64,000 bases of DNA from Chiloscyllium plagiosum. Its lineage: Eukaryota. The notes under the pieces were generated by a model that saw only the letters and a program-made list of their open reading frames with translations, searched no databases and had not been told where the DNA came from. The stretch is from the NCBI RefSeq assembly GCF_004010195.1, contig NC_057754.1, positions 5,443,781-5,507,780 on the forward strand, read 5' to 3'. How positions within the stretch are numbered: position 1 is the stretch's first letter; the number at the start of each line of letters is the position of its first letter. Shown here in pieces: positions 62,537-64,000 of the stretch. A program made the position numbers and the translations under genes.

Positions 62537-63439
62537 TGGAGAAGTCAATGTTTCGGATGTAACCTTTCTTCAGAAATGGAGGTGGGTTGGGGGAGCTGCA
62601 GATAAAGGTGGTGGAGGGCTTTGGTTGGGAGAGGGGCGGAATGGTGAGATAGTGACAGGTGAACACAGGTGGAGGGAGCAGTATTTATGCTATAGTAGTG
62701 GGTTGAGGTGCTGGGAGAGAAAGGATGTTGATAGTTCTGATTAAGGAATCAGAATGTCAGGACAGTGGTGTGTCCAACTACCAAACATAAATCAGTGCAG
62801 ATGCTAGAATCTGTACTGGAAAGCTTGCTCCATGTCAGAAGTCATCACGGAAAGTTCGCTTTTTCTTCTAACTCCAAGCTCTCTTTCAAAGACAGTGGAC
62901 TGGATTACATGTCAAGGTCTCCTAGAAGCGCTGACCTCCCCACCCCCCCTCCCCCCACCATCAGCATTATTTCAAAGGCAATAATTTGTTACTTTTTGGT
63001 GGGGCAAGTGGCAGACTGAAAAATCGAGGTGAAGGGCCAAACCTCTCCATATCAGATGGCTAAAGGAGTAAAAGGAGCCAGCGGGCTAAATCGTGGTCAT
63101 AGTTAGGGAACACCAAGCTAGAGATTTAAAAGGCTGTGACCTACACAAGGAGGAAACAGTGAGTCGTTTCATACAGACTCCAATGCAGAAAATATTTCGA
63201 GGCACTTGGTGGGGCAAATCAGAGCAGGACTTATATATTTAATGACAATGTTTTGGAGACCTTGGAGTGCAGGGTCAAAGTTCCTTGAAAGTGGGGTTAA
63301 AGGAAGACAGTACAGTGCCTAGGGTTTGTACCTTGGTAATTTGTACCCAAGATGGCACCATGAGAGGTGACATTGTAAACTTTTCAATGTACTCCTGTAT
63401 TTGAGTACCGGTCACAATAAAACATATTCTATTCTATTC

Positions 63440-64000
63440 TAGCGAAGCAGGGGTTTGATATGCTTGCCTTTTTTTGGTCAGTGCACTGAGTATTGGTGTT
63501 GGGAGGTCATGTTGTACAAGACATTGGTTAGACCACTTTTGGAATACTGCATTCAATTCTGGTCTCCCTACCATAGGAAAGATGTTGTGAAACTTGAAAG
63601 GGTTCAGAAAAGATTCACAAAGAAGTTGCTAAGGTTGGAGGATTTGAGCTATCGGGGGAGGCTGAATAGGCTGGGGCTGTTTTCCCTGGAATGTCGGAGG
63701 CTGAGGGCTGACCTTATAGAGGTTTACAAAATCATGTGGGGCATGGATAGGGTAATTAGGCAAGAGTATTCACTACACCCAGAGTAGTGAAGTCCAAAAC
63801 TAGAGGGCACACGTTTAAGATGACGGGGAAAAGATTTAAAAGGGACCTAGGGGAAACTTTTTCATGCAAAGGGTGGTGCGTGTATGGAACGAACTGCCAG
63901 AGGAAGTGGTGGAGGCTGGTACAATGACAACATTTAAAAGGCATCAGCATGGGTACATGAATAGGGAGGGTTCAGATGGATGTGTGTTCAATACTGGCAA
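63440..64000 (+). mobile_element. CR1 3' fragment
   Basis: LYKTLVRPLLEYCIQFWSPY. Confidence 0.88.

Overview
Vertebrate genomic DNA, most likely an elasmobranch (shark). The basis is dense HE1-type tRNA-derived SINEs with (TAATC)n tails, CR1/HER1-type LINE fragments, Penelope-like and Rex1/Babar fragments. Most ORF-track entries are repeat-derived. Host genes: (1) exons 3-10 of an intact-looking SLC22 organic anion transporter (OAT1/OAT6-like) on + (2562-29904; GT-AG introns; exon sizes 155/169/124/116/215/109/204/94 nt); (2) a decayed exon-1 relic of a paralog (~37312); (3) a second paralog retaining only exons 1, 2 and 10 (41745, 50904, 53566), with both intron-1 splice sites non-canonical; (4) the last two coding exons of MRPL49 on - (61449-61573, 57993-58139). 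Notable extras: many minimal hammerhead-ribozyme-like motifs at the ends of two Penelope-like families, several inserted as short units with target-site duplications (TSDs); an LTR-retroelement relic with a foamy-virus-type polypurine tract and an A-rich, possibly G-to-A hypermutated internal region; seven 53/54-bp minisatellites grown inside HE1 SINEs; a 120-bp-arm intronic palindrome; a duplicated hairpin unit downstream of MRPL49. Repeat boundaries are approximate (read by eye).
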